DNA of 64,000 bases from Gemmatimonadota bacterium (GCA_039656555.1 JBDHLU010000011.1:357-64356); one strand, 5' to 3'; shown: positions 1 to 8,698, counted from the stretch's first letter. Notes: generated by a model not told the origin, from the letters alone. Numbers and translations: made by a program.

Positions 1-303
1 ATCGAAATCCTCGAAGCCCTGCGTCGCCCCACCGCCACCACCGCGTCGCGCCGAAAACCCTCCGGGACCGGCACCGAACGCCCCGTAGCGCCGCATCGTG
101 TCGTATTTCTTGCGCTGGTCGGCATCGCTCAACACCGAATACGCCTCAGAGATTCCCTTGAAGCGTTCCGCGGCTGATGGGTTGTCGGGATTAGCATCCG
201 GGTGGTATTGCTTGGCGAGGTTCCGATATGACTTCTTGATCTCGTCTTCGGTGGCCTTGTCGCCGACGCCTAGGATCTGGTAGAAATCCTTCGCCGCAGC
301 CAT
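1..303 (-). CDS. dnaJ: Chaperone DnaJ, N-terminal J-domain part (gene runs off the window start)
   Basis: Minus strand from ATG at 301-303 reads [41 protein letters not shown] (J-domain with HPD motif). It begins 3 nt after the grpE stop. Confidence 0.9.
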   Translation of the reverse strand, partial: MAAAKDFYQILGVGDKATEDEIKKSYRNLAKQYHPDANPDNPSAAERFKGISEAYSVLSDADQRKKYDTMRRYGAFGAGPGGFSARRGGGGGATQGFEDFD

Positions 304-306
304 GGG

Positions 307-891
307 CTAGGCGTCGCCTTCTTCGGCTTGCAACATGTGGACAAGCACGCGCGCCGGACGCAGCAGCGATCCGCCAAAGCGGTACCCCGCCTGCACGACG
401 TTGGCCACCATGCCATCGTCTTCTTCGGAGGTCGTGGGGACCATACCGATGGCCTCGTGCTCGTTCGGATCAAACTTGTCACCCGGAACGCCCACGCGTT
501 TGAGCCCCGAGAGTTCCAGGTGCTGCAACAACTTGCGTTCGACCATCTCGATACCGTCGATCACGTCTTTGGTTGACGCCTCAGCCAAATCCAAGTTCAC
601 GACCCGGTTCAGGTCGTCGAGCGCTTCGAGCACGTTCAACGCGAGGTCGGCCTGCGCCCTGGCTCGCATGTCCTGACGCTCTCTTGCCGTGCGCTTCCGG
701 AAGTTGTCGAATTCGGCCGCCGTCCGAAGGAGCTGATCCCTGGCCTGGTCGAGGGCTTCCTCGAGCCGCTGGATGGCCTCTTCGGGCGGTTCGACCAGCT
801 CGACGCTTTCCGACAGAGGTGTCAGGGGATCTTCGTGCGGATCTGCAGTGACCTCGGCTTGATCGATCGGGTCTTCTTGTTTCTTCTTCAT
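307..891 (-). CDS. grpE: Nucleotide exchange factor GrpE
   Basis: Track protein has an acidic/coiled N-half and the GrpE-like C-terminus ...VVQAGYRFGGSLLRPARVLV. The track start at 903 is TTG; I prefer ATG at 889-891 (MKKKQEDP), 3 nt after AGGA. Position is upstream of dnaJ. Confidence 0.9.
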   Translation of the reverse strand: MKKKQEDPIDQAEVTADPHEDPLTPLSESVELVEPPEEAIQRLEEALDQARDQLLRTAAEFDNFRKRTARERQDMRARAQADLALNVLEALDDLNRVVNLDLAEASTKDVIDGIEMVERKLLQHLELSGLKRVGVPGDKFDPNEHEAIGMVPTTSEEDDGMVANVVQAGYRFGGSLLRPARVLVHMLQAEEGDA

Positions 892-941
892 ATATCCTGG
901 CAAGTCTCGCAGTTGGCGTGGATCAGCCCATAATAGCGAGG

Positions 942-950
942 ATTATACCA
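942..950 (-). promoter_or_regulatory. Candidate extended -10 promoter element for grpE-dnaJ
   Basis: Minus strand reads TGGTATAAT (TGn + perfect TATAAT) about 50 nt upstream of the grpE ATG. The -35 region is weak (GTCAGA). No CIRCE element seen. Confidence 0.35.
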
Positions 951-987
951 TCTTGGGCTGCCGTTCTGACAGTGGGCGGTCGCTCAC

Positions 988-2220
988 CTACAGCATCCGA
1001 CGGAGCAGATCCAGGGCAGCCTGCACCGTTCTCCGTCGCACCTCATGACGGGTACCAGGGATATGCCGTTTCACGGACTCGATCGTGCCGTCCCACGTGC
1101 AGGCCAGATACACTGTTCCTACGGGCTTCTCGTCGCTTCCGCCGGCTGGCCCGGCGATGCCCGTAACGGCAATCCCCGCATTGGCATCGAAGCGGTCTAC
1201 CACCCCCTGCACCATTGCCCGCGCAACCTCATCGGAAACCGCTCCAGCACGCGCCAACTCGTCCGGATCGATTCCTAGGCGGTGGATCTTTGCCTCGTTG
1301 GCATAGGTCACCACGCCGCCGGTGAATACGTCTGACGACCCCGGAACCTCCGTCAGCCGTGCTGCGATCAGGCCGCCAGTACACGATTCCGCTACCGCCA
1401 GTCGGGCTCCTCTCGCTCGCAACTCGGCAAGAACGAGCGCCGCCAGGTCGTCTTCGTTCATCCCGTAGAGTTGGTGGCCCAGTATTGGCCGCAAAGCCAT
1501 CTCGGCCGCGTCCAGGGCACGAGCCACGAAATCATGGGCTCCCGTGGCGGTGAGACGGATGTCGACGCCCTCGAGCGAGGGAAGGAATGCGACTTCCACG
1601 TCGTTGATGGCGAGGAGGTGCTCGCCCAGGTTGTCGGCCAGCAACGATTCGCTCACGCCGGTCGTACGTAGGGTGCGCGATACCATGACAGTTTCCGAAT
1701 CCGCTAGCGCGGCGAGGCGAGGCACCAAATGCTCCTCCGTCAGGGCCTTGAATTCGCGCGGCACACCCGGCAGGAGCACCACAGTCCCCCGGTCCGTCGC
1801 GATCCACAACCCCGGCGCAGTGCCAAACGCGTTCGCCAGCACCTCAGCGCCTTCGGGCACCTGGGCTTGTTTTCGGTTCGACTCCGGCATCGGCCCGCGG
1901 CGGAAGCGCGCAAACCTCGCCTCGATGTCGCTCAGCACGGTTTGATCAACCCTGAGTTCTAACCCCAGTTCCTCTGCCACGGATTCGCGCGTGATGTCGT
2001 CGGTGGTGGGGCCAAGCCCCCCGCTCACGACCGCGAAGCCCGTACGGCTGAGCGCCTCACCTACAGCAGCTCGAATCGAGTCTGGGTTGTCGGCGACAGT
2101 TGCCCGCCGAACGACGCGCGCCCCAACAGGAGCCAGGGTGCGGGCAAAAACGGCAGCGTTCGTATCGTGGGTAAAACCGAGGAGAAGCTCGGTGCCTACG
2201 GTGACGAATTCAATGTCCAT
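988..2220 (-). CDS. cinA: CinA-family protein (MoCF-like domain + PncC-type nicotinamide-nucleotide amidohydrolase domain)
   Basis: N-terminus MDIEFVTVGTELLLG and C-terminal half with AESCTGGL are typical of CinA/PncC. GTG at 2221-2223 is followed by ATG at 2218-2220. Confidence 0.85.
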   Translation of the reverse strand: MDIEFVTVGTELLLGFTHDTNAAVFARTLAPVGARVVRRATVADNPDSIRAAVGEALSRTGFAVVSGGLGPTTDDITRESVAEELGLELRVDQTVLSDIEARFARFRRGPMPESNRKQAQVPEGAEVLANAFGTAPGLWIATDRGTVVLLPGVPREFKALTEEHLVPRLAALADSETVMVSRTLRTTGVSESLLADNLGEHLLAINDVEVAFLPSLEGVDIRLTATGAHDFVARALDAAEMALRPILGHQLYGMNEDDLAALVLAELRARGARLAVAESCTGGLIAARLTEVPGSSDVFTGGVVTYANEAKIHRLGIDPDELARAGAVSDEVARAMVQGVVDRFDANAGIAVTGIAGPAGGSDEKPVGTVYLACTWDGTIESVKRHIPGTRHEVRRRTVQAALDLLRRML

Positions 2221-2869
2221 CACCGGGCCGATTCATCGTGGCCCGCGAGAACAGATGCCGGTAGCGAGAGAGATAGACGCCGAGGGAGTACCCAGTAAGG
2301 AGTACCGCCACGGCAAGAGAGAAGGCGATGGAAGCACCGAGGAGCCATTCCCACGCGTCCACCAACCGACCGTCCAGACCGACCTCTGCGCGCACGTCCT
2401 TCCAGAAAAACCATCCGAGCGCGGTCCCAAGGAAAATGTCCTGAAAAATGGTCTTGAGCTTTCCCGCTCCTGCAGCGGCGATCACCACCCCTCGGTGCTT
2501 TGCCACCTGCCGGATGATGGTCATCAACGCTTCGCGCCCGATGATCAGGACCACCGCCCACATAGGCAAGGCCCCCCACCCCCAAGGGATCTCGTATTGT
2601 GGTCCCTGGCGGGTAAGCCAATAGATGGGAATCAGCGAGGCGACGAGGAGCAGTTTGTCGGCAAAGGGATCGAGGATCTTGCCAAGCTCGGTGATTTCAC
2701 CACGGGTGCGCGCGATGTGGCCGTCATAGATATCGCTGATCGCAGCTGCGACGAAGATGAATACCGCGATCAGCTTGGGGAGATATCCCTCGAAGAACGG
2801 CAGAACGGCGATGAACGGAGCGAGAAAAATCCTGCCGACGGTCAAGATGTTGGGAAGCGTCCAGATCAT
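2210..2869 (-). CDS. pgsA: CDP-diacylglycerol--glycerol-3-phosphate 3-phosphatidyltransferase
   Basis: DIYDGHIARTRGEITELGKILDPFADK fits the CDP-alcohol phosphatidyltransferase motif D-G-x2-A-R-x8-G-x3-D-x3-D. Several hydrophobic helices. Confidence 0.85.
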   Translation of the reverse strand: MIWTLPNILTVGRIFLAPFIAVLPFFEGYLPKLIAVFIFVAAAISDIYDGHIARTRGEITELGKILDPFADKLLLVASLIPIYWLTRQGPQYEIPWGWGALPMWAVVLIIGREALMTIIRQVAKHRGVVIAAAGAGKLKTIFQDIFLGTALGWFFWKDVRAEVGLDGRLVDAWEWLLGASIAFSLAVAVLLTGYSLGVYLSRYRHLFSRATMNRPGDGH

Positions 2870-2879
2870 CGGGAGTTGC

Positions 2880-3554
2880 TTAGCTCAGTGTCTTCAACAC
2901 CATCTTCGCCACCGCCCGCAGCGTTTCGAACACACCGTCGCCGGTGAGTGCCACCGACTCCATGAACGGGGCTCGAGCAATCCACTCGCCGTCGACGTTC
3001 TCGCGCAACATGCGACCCTCGTTGTACGGATCCGGCACCGGTGTGTGCAACTCGGGATCATCGATTGGCCAACCCGGATTGAGCTGTGCCTCCAAGTCCG
3101 CAATTGGGGAGGCATTCGGGAGGTCACGTTTGTTGTATTGCACGACGAAAGGGATCTTCGTCAGGTCGTACCCGTATTCGGTCATGTTGTCGTACAGGTT
3201 CTGCATCGACTCCAGGTTGGCTTCCATTCGTTCGATCTGGCTATCCGCGACAAACACGATCCCGTCAACGCCCTTCAAGATCAGTTTTCTTGACGCGTTG
3301 TAGTACACCTGCCCGGGGACCGTATATAGGTGAAACCGCGTCTTGAAGCCGCGAATCGTTCCAAGGTCAACCGGCAGAAAATCGAAAAACAGCGTGCGCT
3401 CCGTTTCCGTCGCGAGCGACACCATCTTGCCGCGGGAGTCGGGATTCACCTTACCGTACACGAGTTCGAGATTGGTGGTCTTCCCACCAAGCCCAGGACC
3501 GTAGTACACGACCTTGCAGTTTATCTCGCGAGAGGCGTAGTTGATCATCGACAT
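2880..3554 (-). CDS. mglA: Ras-like polarity/motility GTPase MglA (about 30 aa longer than usual)
   Basis: [28 protein letters not shown] (P-loop), [12 protein letters not shown] (switch 2) and QYNKRDL (NKxD) are near-identical in pattern to Myxococcus MglA as I recall it. It sits next to mglB. Confidence 0.9.
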   Translation of the reverse strand: MSMINYASREINCKVVYYGPGLGGKTTNLELVYGKVNPDSRGKMVSLATETERTLFFDFLPVDLGTIRGFKTRFHLYTVPGQVYYNASRKLILKGVDGIVFVADSQIERMEANLESMQNLYDNMTEYGYDLTKIPFVVQYNKRDLPNASPIADLEAQLNPGWPIDDPELHTPVPDPYNEGRMLRENVDGEWIARAPFMESVALTGDGVFETLRAVAKMVLKTLS

Positions 3555-3570
3555 TGATCGTTATCTCCCG

Positions 3571-4068
3571 CTAGTCCCCAAACAACTTATCAATCTCATC
3601 CTCTGCCCCTTCAAGCAACCCACCTTGTTGTTGTTGCCCACCGGATCCCGCACGGTTGAACATTTCCTCGAAAAGTTCGTTCAAATCCAACACCGTTTGT
3701 TTGACGCGAAGGCGAACCATGCCAACCGTCGTCCGATTGTCGAACAGCACCACGAGAATCACGCGCCGTGCAATGTCGGCGAGGTACATCGATTCCTTCT
3801 CACCCTGATGGAACAATGACGCGAATTCAGGTTCACCAATCATCTTCGCAAGTTGGTCGTTAGCACTGAAGTCTGCGGCAGTTAGCGAAGCAAAGGCCGT
3901 CGGATCGAACGACAGCTCCTCCCCCGCATTGGCCAACAACTGGCCCGTACGGTCCACGAGCAACGCACACCGGGAACTCGACTCCTTGAGCAGAGAGTTC
4001 AAATGCTCGGTGATCTTGTGGTAATCACTCTCGCCAAGCGACCACGTTCCTGCAGAAGTCTCAGCCAA
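3571..4068 (-). CDS. mglB: MglB, Roadblock/LC7-type GAP partner of MglA
   Basis: Roadblock-like sequence (SRCALLVDRTGQLLANAG ... SMYLADIARRVILVVLFD). There is no in-frame ATG/GTG in range. TTG at 4066-4068 is preceded by GGAGG at 6 nt and overlaps the upstream stop. The 251-aa track ORF (to 4326) is over-extended. Confidence 0.8.
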   Translation of the reverse strand: MAETSAGTWSLGESDYHKITEHLNSLLKESSSRCALLVDRTGQLLANAGEELSFDPTAFASLTAADFSANDQLAKMIGEPEFASLFHQGEKESMYLADIARRVILVVLFDNRTTVGMVRLRVKQTVLDLNELFEEMFNRAGSGGQQQQGGLLEGAEDEIDKLFGD

Positions 4069-4330
4069 GCTTCGCCTCCATCCGACGAATGATTCCTTCC
4101 GCACGACGCCGAAGCATCGGGTGTTGTTCCCACGACACGTAATCCCGTAACAGTCGCACCCCCTCGACGCTCGGGCGCCCGTTGAGATAGCCCAACGCCG
4201 ACAGTCGGCGCAAGGGGTGAGGACTGAACAACCCACGACTGTGCCGCCCCATCGAATGCTGCGCCAATAGGGCACCGAAGACCGTCCCGAACCCCAAGGC
4301 GAGGAGCATCGCCCGCCAACGCGCACTCAC
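4061..4330 (-). CDS. Small hypothetical membrane protein (1 TM + HEAT-like repeat)
   Basis: 89 aa. GTG start overlaps the recR stop (GTGA at 4327-4330) and its stop overlaps the mglB TTG start. N-terminal helix WRAMLLALGFGTVFGALLA, then LRRLSALGYLNGRPSVEGVRLLRDYVSWEQHPMLRRRA resembles a single HEAT/PBS-lyase repeat. Confidence 0.5.
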   Translation of the reverse strand: MSARWRAMLLALGFGTVFGALLAQHSMGRHSRGLFSPHPLRRLSALGYLNGRPSVEGVRLLRDYVSWEQHPMLRRRAEGIIRRMEAKLG

Positions 4331-4923
4331 GACATCATTTCCCGTCTGGCCGAAAGGGAGTGCGCGATGGTAACCGCATCGGCGTACTCCAAATCCCCTC
4401 CCACTGGAAGGCCCAGCGCGATCCGCGAGACCCGGACGTCCGGGTCGGAAACAACCCCCCGCACTAAGGTCGCGGTGGCCTCGCCTTCCATCGAATGATT
4501 CGTGGCCACGATGATTTCCTTGACCGCCGACCCGTTCGCCACGCGCGCCTCGAGTGCGTCTAACCGCAAATCGTCGGGGCCGACACCGTCCAAGGGGGAC
4601 AGCCTCCCCCCCAAGACATGGTAGTGGCCGCGGAACTCGCCCGTCCTTTCGATTGCCGAGATGTCCGATGCTTCCTCAACCACACAAAGCAGAGATGCAT
4701 CCCGCCTGGGATCCTCACAGATCTCACAGGGATCGGCCTCACTCAAGTTCCCGCATACGGTACAGGGCCCCACGAGCTCGGCCACCCGTTCGATAGTCGA
4801 CGCTAGGCGCAGGGGCGCCTCCTTGGGTTGCTTGAGAAGAAAATACGTGAGGCGCGTAGCCGTCTTTCGCCCCACTCCCGGCAGTTTGGCAAACTCCGTG
4901 ATCAACTCATCAAGCGCCGACAC
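4327..4923 (-). CDS. recR: Recombination protein RecR
   Basis: LPGVGRKTATRLTYFLL (HhH), C4 zinc finger CTVCGNLSEADPCEIC and a Toprim-like C-half. GTG start. dnaX-ybaB-recR synteny. Confidence 0.95.
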   Translation of the reverse strand: MSALDELITEFAKLPGVGRKTATRLTYFLLKQPKEAPLRLASTIERVAELVGPCTVCGNLSEADPCEICEDPRRDASLLCVVEEASDISAIERTGEFRGHYHVLGGRLSPLDGVGPDDLRLDALEARVANGSAVKEIIVATNHSMEGEATATLVRGVVSDPDVRVSRIALGLPVGGDLEYADAVTIAHSLSARREMMS

Positions 4924-4928
4924 CCTAG

Positions 4929-5246
4929 CTAGATTGGGAACTGGAATGGAAGGGGCATCCCTCCAGTCAACTTCTTGAGTTCCGCACGATAGACCTCGTC
5001 AGCCTTGCGTTGGGCATCCGTGACGGCTGCCACCACCAGATCCTCGAGCATCTCGACGTCACCTTCGGCCACGACGGATGGCTCGATCTTGATCGATTGA
5101 ACCTGCCCCCGACCATCGGCAGTCACGGTGACCATGCCGCCACCAGCCGACCCGGAAACCGTCTGTTGCGCCAGCTCCGACTGCATTTGCGTGAGCCGGC
5201 CCTGCACCTGCTGTCCTAGCTGAAAAAGCTGTGAAATATCTGGCAT
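4929..5246 (-). CDS. ybaB: Nucleoid-associated protein YbaB/EbfC
   Basis: 105 aa with GGMVTVTADGRGQVQSIKIEPSVV pattern, located between dnaX and recR. Confidence 0.9.
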   Translation of the reverse strand: MPDISQLFQLGQQVQGRLTQMQSELAQQTVSGSAGGGMVTVTADGRGQVQSIKIEPSVVAEGDVEMLEDLVVAAVTDAQRKADEVYRAELKKLTGGMPLPFQFPI

Positions 5247-5314
5247 TCTACCTCAAACTGTGGACCGCTAACTCTAAGTGTATCAACCTAATAGCGCATA
5301 CGAGCGCCTCGCAA

Positions 5315-6961
5315 CTACTCCAAGAGCTCGAGATCGAGCGCGTCGGCCACCGCATCCAAAGCCGGGTCCTTCCCGCGGTAGACCCGCAGCCGTTCATCTC
5401 GGTCAGAATCACGGTTGAGGCGCTGGGCCTCCGGTGGCCGCGGAGCCTCGCCATCCTGCGTAACCGATTGGTAGGCTACCTGCACCGGCCCCCCCATGAC
5501 TGCGGAGATCGTCCTTGCCACGAACTCCTTGTTCAGCTCGAGGCCCTCGAGGTGAACCGATGATTCGGACACCACAAGGGTCAGCATCCCATTCTCGAAC
5601 GACGAGGGCGAGGCGTGAGTGAGCGCTTCACGAACCATCCGCCGCTCCTTACCGGTCTCATCCAGTACGCCTGCCCAAGCAGCCTTGATGGATTCGATCG
5701 TGAGTGGCCCGGACGCCACAGGTGGGGCGGCCTCCGGCTTCGGCGACGGGCGCGCCCGTGCCGACGCACGCGGATTGGTTGGTGTCGACCGAGCCTGAGC
5801 CACCCGGCCCTCACCTCGGAGCGCGGTGATGACCTCCTGCAGCTCCACAGAGCGGTCGAGCAACGTCCATTCGAGCATGAGCGTCTCGACGTGGAGTCTC
5901 GCGTTCGGACTCCGCCGCACCGCCAGCTCGGCCTCCGCGAGCAGCTTGAGCATCCGGAGCATGTCACCCTCCGTGAATGTCTCGGCGTGCCGCTCGATGG
6001 CATCACGCAGCTCCTCGGTCAAACCCGTGGGCTCCTCACCCAGGATCCTGAGCAACAACGAGCGGAGCACATCGCCAACTCCGCCCACGAGTTCGGCCAG
6101 GTCCGCCCCTGCCTCGACGACGCGGGTCACGAACGGGAATACATCGGCCGTCCTGTGCCCGGCCACGATGTCGAGGAGTTCCGCGTAGAGTTCATCGCTG
6201 ATCAGCCCGAGTGCAGACCTAACGCGGTCTGCCGTGATCTCGTCGTCTCCAAAGGCGAGCGTCTGATCCAGCATCGACAAGGCATCGCGCATCCCACCCT
6301 GTGCCGCCCTCGCGATGAGGAGCAAGGCATCCGCCTCCACCTGGAGGTTTTCCTCGCCGGCAACGTACGTGAGCCGGTCGATGATGGCTTGTGGACCAAT
6401 CCGGCGGAAATCAAAGCGCTGCAGGCGACTCATAACGGGTGCCGCCGTGTTCGTGATTTTCTGGGGGTCTGTCGTCGCAAAGACGAACACGACGCGTGGG
6501 GGCGGCTCTTCGAGGATCTTGAGCAGCGCATTCCACGCCTCGCGTGTCAGCATGTGCGCTTCATCGATGATGTAAATCTTGTAGTTGTCCGGCGCCGATG
6601 CAGCGTACATGGCCCGCTCGCGGAGCTCCCGAGCGTCGTCTACGCCCCGGTTGGTCGCGGCATCGATCTCGATGACGTCTAGATTGGCCGAGCCTGCCCA
6701 GATCCGCTGGCAGGAATCACATGTCCCACAGGGCTCACCGTTGGTGTCGCCATCGGCCGATCGGTTGGGACAGTTCAGCGCCATTGCCAGGATCCGAGCG
6801 GCTGACGTCTTTCCAACGCCCCGCGGACCGGTCAACAGATACCCCTGGGCAACACGGTTCTTCACGACCGCACCGGCCAACCCGGCCGCTACGTGTTGCT
6901 GAGCGACGAGATCGGCGAAGCGTTTTGGTCGGTACTTTCGGGCGAGTGCAGTATGGCTCAT
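5315..6961 (-). CDS. dnaX: DNA polymerase III subunit gamma/tau
   Basis: RPKRFADLV, GPRGVGKTS Walker A, CGTCDSC zinc module, IIDEAHML. Start set to ATG 6959-6961 (MSHTALARKY) because the track extension to 7117 runs through the SRP RNA gene. Confidence 0.9.
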   Translation of the reverse strand: MSHTALARKYRPKRFADLVAQQHVAAGLAGAVVKNRVAQGYLLTGPRGVGKTSAARILAMALNCPNRSADGDTNGEPCGTCDSCQRIWAGSANLDVIEIDAATNRGVDDARELRERAMYAASAPDNYKIYIIDEAHMLTREAWNALLKILEEPPPRVVFVFATTDPQKITNTAAPVMSRLQRFDFRRIGPQAIIDRLTYVAGEENLQVEADALLLIARAAQGGMRDALSMLDQTLAFGDDEITADRVRSALGLISDELYAELLDIVAGHRTADVFPFVTRVVEAGADLAELVGGVGDVLRSLLLRILGEEPTGLTEELRDAIERHAETFTEGDMLRMLKLLAEAELAVRRSPNARLHVETLMLEWTLLDRSVELQEVITALRGEGRVAQARSTPTNPRASARARPSPKPEAAPPVASGPLTIESIKAAWAGVLDETGKERRMVREALTHASPSSFENGMLTLVVSESSVHLEGLELNKEFVARTISAVMGGPVQVAYQSVTQDGEAPRPPEAQRLNRDSDRDERLRVYRGKDPALDAVADALDLELLE

Positions 6962-6966
6962 CGACA

Positions 6967-6998
6967 GGCGGGAAGACGGGAAGGCGGGAAGGCGGGAA
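6967..6998 (-). repeat. Four tandem 8-nt units (minus strand TTCCCGCC TTCCCGCC TTCCCGTC TTCCCGCC) in the dnaX leader
   Basis: Plus strand reads ggcgggaa gacgggaa ggcgggaa ggcgggaa. The repeat ends 5 nt before the dnaX ATG. Confidence 0.85.
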
Positions 6999-7033
6999 CA
7001 TACCCACCTTGATCGCTCTCCAACAGAACGCAA

Positions 7034-7136
7034 AAGTGCCCCAGGTAACCCGAAGCTGCGCGGAACATCGCTTAGCGCTGCTACCTCTCGGTCCTGACGC
7101 GGTTCGCGCGCCCACACCCTCCGGACCTGGGGCGGA
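7034..7136 (-). ncRNA. ffs: Signal recognition particle RNA (small/4.5S type)
   Basis: Minus strand reads GCCCCAGGTCCGGAGGGTGTGGGCGCGCGAACCGCGTCAGGACCGAGAGGTAGCAGCGCTAAGCGATGTTCCGCGCAGCTTCGGGTTACCTGGGGC. The closing stem is GCCCCAGGT/ACCTGGGGC. GTCAGGACCGAGAGGTAGCAGC matches the conserved domain IV core (E. coli GUCAGGUCCGGAAGGAAGCAGC). It is followed by CACTTTTG and sits in the classic position upstream of dnaX. Ends are +/- a few nt. Confidence 0.8.
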
Positions 7137-7249
7137 AGAAAGATAATCTAAAGTGGAATTGGAGGTTGGAGATGGGAGGTTTCAGTTTCGTAGGCGGGGC
7201 GATCAACCTGCCATTTCAGTTCTCCAATCTGAAATCTCAATTCGTAGTT

Positions 7250-8698
7250 CTACAGGTGCCCTCCCCACTTATCCCATGTCCCGGGAATAACCAGCACCAG
7301 TAGCGTGTAGAACTCGAGGCGCCCGAGAAGCATGAGGCCCGCAAGCAGCACCTGTGCCCCAGTGCCAAGGTCGCCGTAGTGTGCCGCCGGGCCGACCGCG
7401 CCGAGTCCTGGGCCGATACTCGACATGGCCGCAAGCGCCGCGCTCAATGCCGTCACCAGATCGATGCCCAGAGCTGTCAACAGGGCGGTGCCCACGGCAT
7501 GGGTGGTGATATACAGCGCCAGATACCCGAGCACGTTCAGCAACACATCGGACCGGACTGGGCGAGTACCGAGTTTGGTGACCAGGATCGCCCGCGGGTG
7601 CAGCACCTTCTGCACTTCCCCAACCGCGTGTTTCAGGACAACTGCCACGCGGACGACCTTGAACCCTCCGCCGGTCGATCCGCCCATCGCTCCGGTGAAC
7701 ATCAACCCAAGGAGTATGACCTGGGCAAACACGGGCCACAGGCCGAAGTCGGTCGTCGCAAAGCCGGTGGTAGTGATGATCGCAGTCACGTTGAACACCG
7801 AGTCACGGAACACAGACCCATCAAAGGCACCGCCCGCCGCCGCGAGTGTCACGAACACCACCAGAATCGCCCCGAACGCGATCCCCATGTACCAGCGCCA
7901 CTCGTAGTCACCCAGCATCATCTTTGGAGACCCCGTGAGTGCACGGTAGTGCAAGGTGAAGTTCGTCCCGGCGATCAGCATGAACAGAACGGTTACCCAT
8001 TGAATCGAATTGGAAAACGCACCCAACGAGGCTGTTTTCGTCGAGAAGCCTCCGGTTGCCAGGCAGCTCATCGCATGATTGATCGCGTCGAACACCGACA
8101 TGCCGAGCGTCATGTAGATGAGCGCGAGCACGCCGGTAAACCCTGCGTACACACCCCAAAGCAGTCGAGCAGTCGAAGCAATGCGCGGAGTCAGACGATC
8201 GCTGGCAATCCCTGGGGTTTCCGCGCGAAATAACTGGGCACCGCCCATTCCTAGCATCGGGAGAATGGCGACCCCGAGAACGATGATCCCCATCCCACCC
8301 AACCAATGACTGATACTACGCCAAAACAGAATGCTCCTGGGTAGTTCTTCGATCATCGGAAACACCGTGGCACCGGTAGTGGTGAAGCCCGAGACCGATT
8401 CGAAGAACGCTGCCGCCACCGAATCCGTTACTCCCGTGAAGGCAAACGGGAGCGTTCCGGCCACGACAACAGCCAGCCACCCCAGGCCCACGACGGCCAA
8501 TCCCTCGCGGGGATTGATGGAAACTTTCCTGGGGGTCAGGAACCAGATACCGATACCGACGAGGGCTGTCGTGCCGGCGGCCGCCAACCAGGGGAGCAAC
8601 AACCCTTCCCCTACCGCATACACCACCGGGAGCAACATCGCCACGGCCGTCCATACGAGAAGGGCGGCAACAATGTGAAGGACCTCTCGGATGTTCAC
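7250..8698 (-). CDS. trkH: Potassium uptake protein TrkH
   Basis: 482-aa polytopic membrane protein with Trk/Ktr pore-loop patterns (SGFTTTGAT, TGGFST, TTGFAT, GGSTGGGFK). GTGA overlap with the trkA stop. Confidence 0.9.
   Translation of the reverse strand: MNIREVLHIVAALLVWTAVAMLLPVVYAVGEGLLLPWLAAAGTTALVGIGIWFLTPRKVSINPREGLAVVGLGWLAVVVAGTLPFAFTGVTDSVAAAFFESVSGFTTTGATVFPMIEELPRSILFWRSISHWLGGMGIIVLGVAILPMLGMGGAQLFRAETPGIASDRLTPRIASTARLLWGVYAGFTGVLALIYMTLGMSVFDAINHAMSCLATGGFSTKTASLGAFSNSIQWVTVLFMLIAGTNFTLHYRALTGSPKMMLGDYEWRWYMGIAFGAILVVFVTLAAAGGAFDGSVFRDSVFNVTAIITTTGFATTDFGLWPVFAQVILLGLMFTGAMGGSTGGGFKVVRVAVVLKHAVGEVQKVLHPRAILVTKLGTRPVRSDVLLNVLGYLALYITTHAVGTALLTALGIDLVTALSAALAAMSSIGPGLGAVGPAAHYGDLGTGAQVLLAGLMLLGRLEFYTLLVLVIPGTWDKWGGHL

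Noticed and set aside
892-987. Heat-shock operator (CIRCE) or sigma-32-type promoter upstream of grpE
   Set aside because: There is no TTAGCACTC-N9-GAGTGCTAA-like inverted repeat and no CTTGAAA/CCCCAT pair. Only the extended -10 element is reported.
5615-6682. Long antisense/alternate-frame ORFs. Examples: 5615-6682(+) over dnaX, 9202-10302(+) over trkA, 28157-29080(-) over PP2C, 36848-37699(+), 39991-41007(+), 61347-62690(+) over the ribosomal genes, and 1991-2947(+).
   Set aside because: All overlap genes that have strong family motifs on the other strand or frame. Their translations are low-complexity and R/P/G/A-rich. I treat them as GC-driven artefacts.
5315-6961. Programmed -1 frameshift site for gamma/tau in dnaX
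   Set aside because: I noticed no A-AAA-AAG-type slippery heptamer (no cttttt run on the plus strand) anywhere in the gene.
6962-7117. N-terminal extensions offered by the ORF track. Affected genes: dnaX to 7117, priA to 40249, mgtC to 55285, purA to 51211, mglB to 4326, ltaE to 11187, speB to 35572, pdaD to 36132, S14 to 62666, L14 to 63983, L30 to 60546.
   Set aside because: The extensions overlap upstream genes, the SRP RNA or a terminator. In each case a downstream ATG/GTG/TTG sits at a 4-nt overlap or behind a Shine-Dalgarno sequence and gives the canonical family N-terminus.
7137-7249. AT-richer spacer between trkH and ffs with short TTTCAG/CTGAAA inverted repeats, considered as a trkH terminator or small RNA
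   Set aside because: The stems are 7 bp or less, AT-rich and imperfect, with no U-tract. It most likely just holds the ffs promoter, which I could not pin down confidently.
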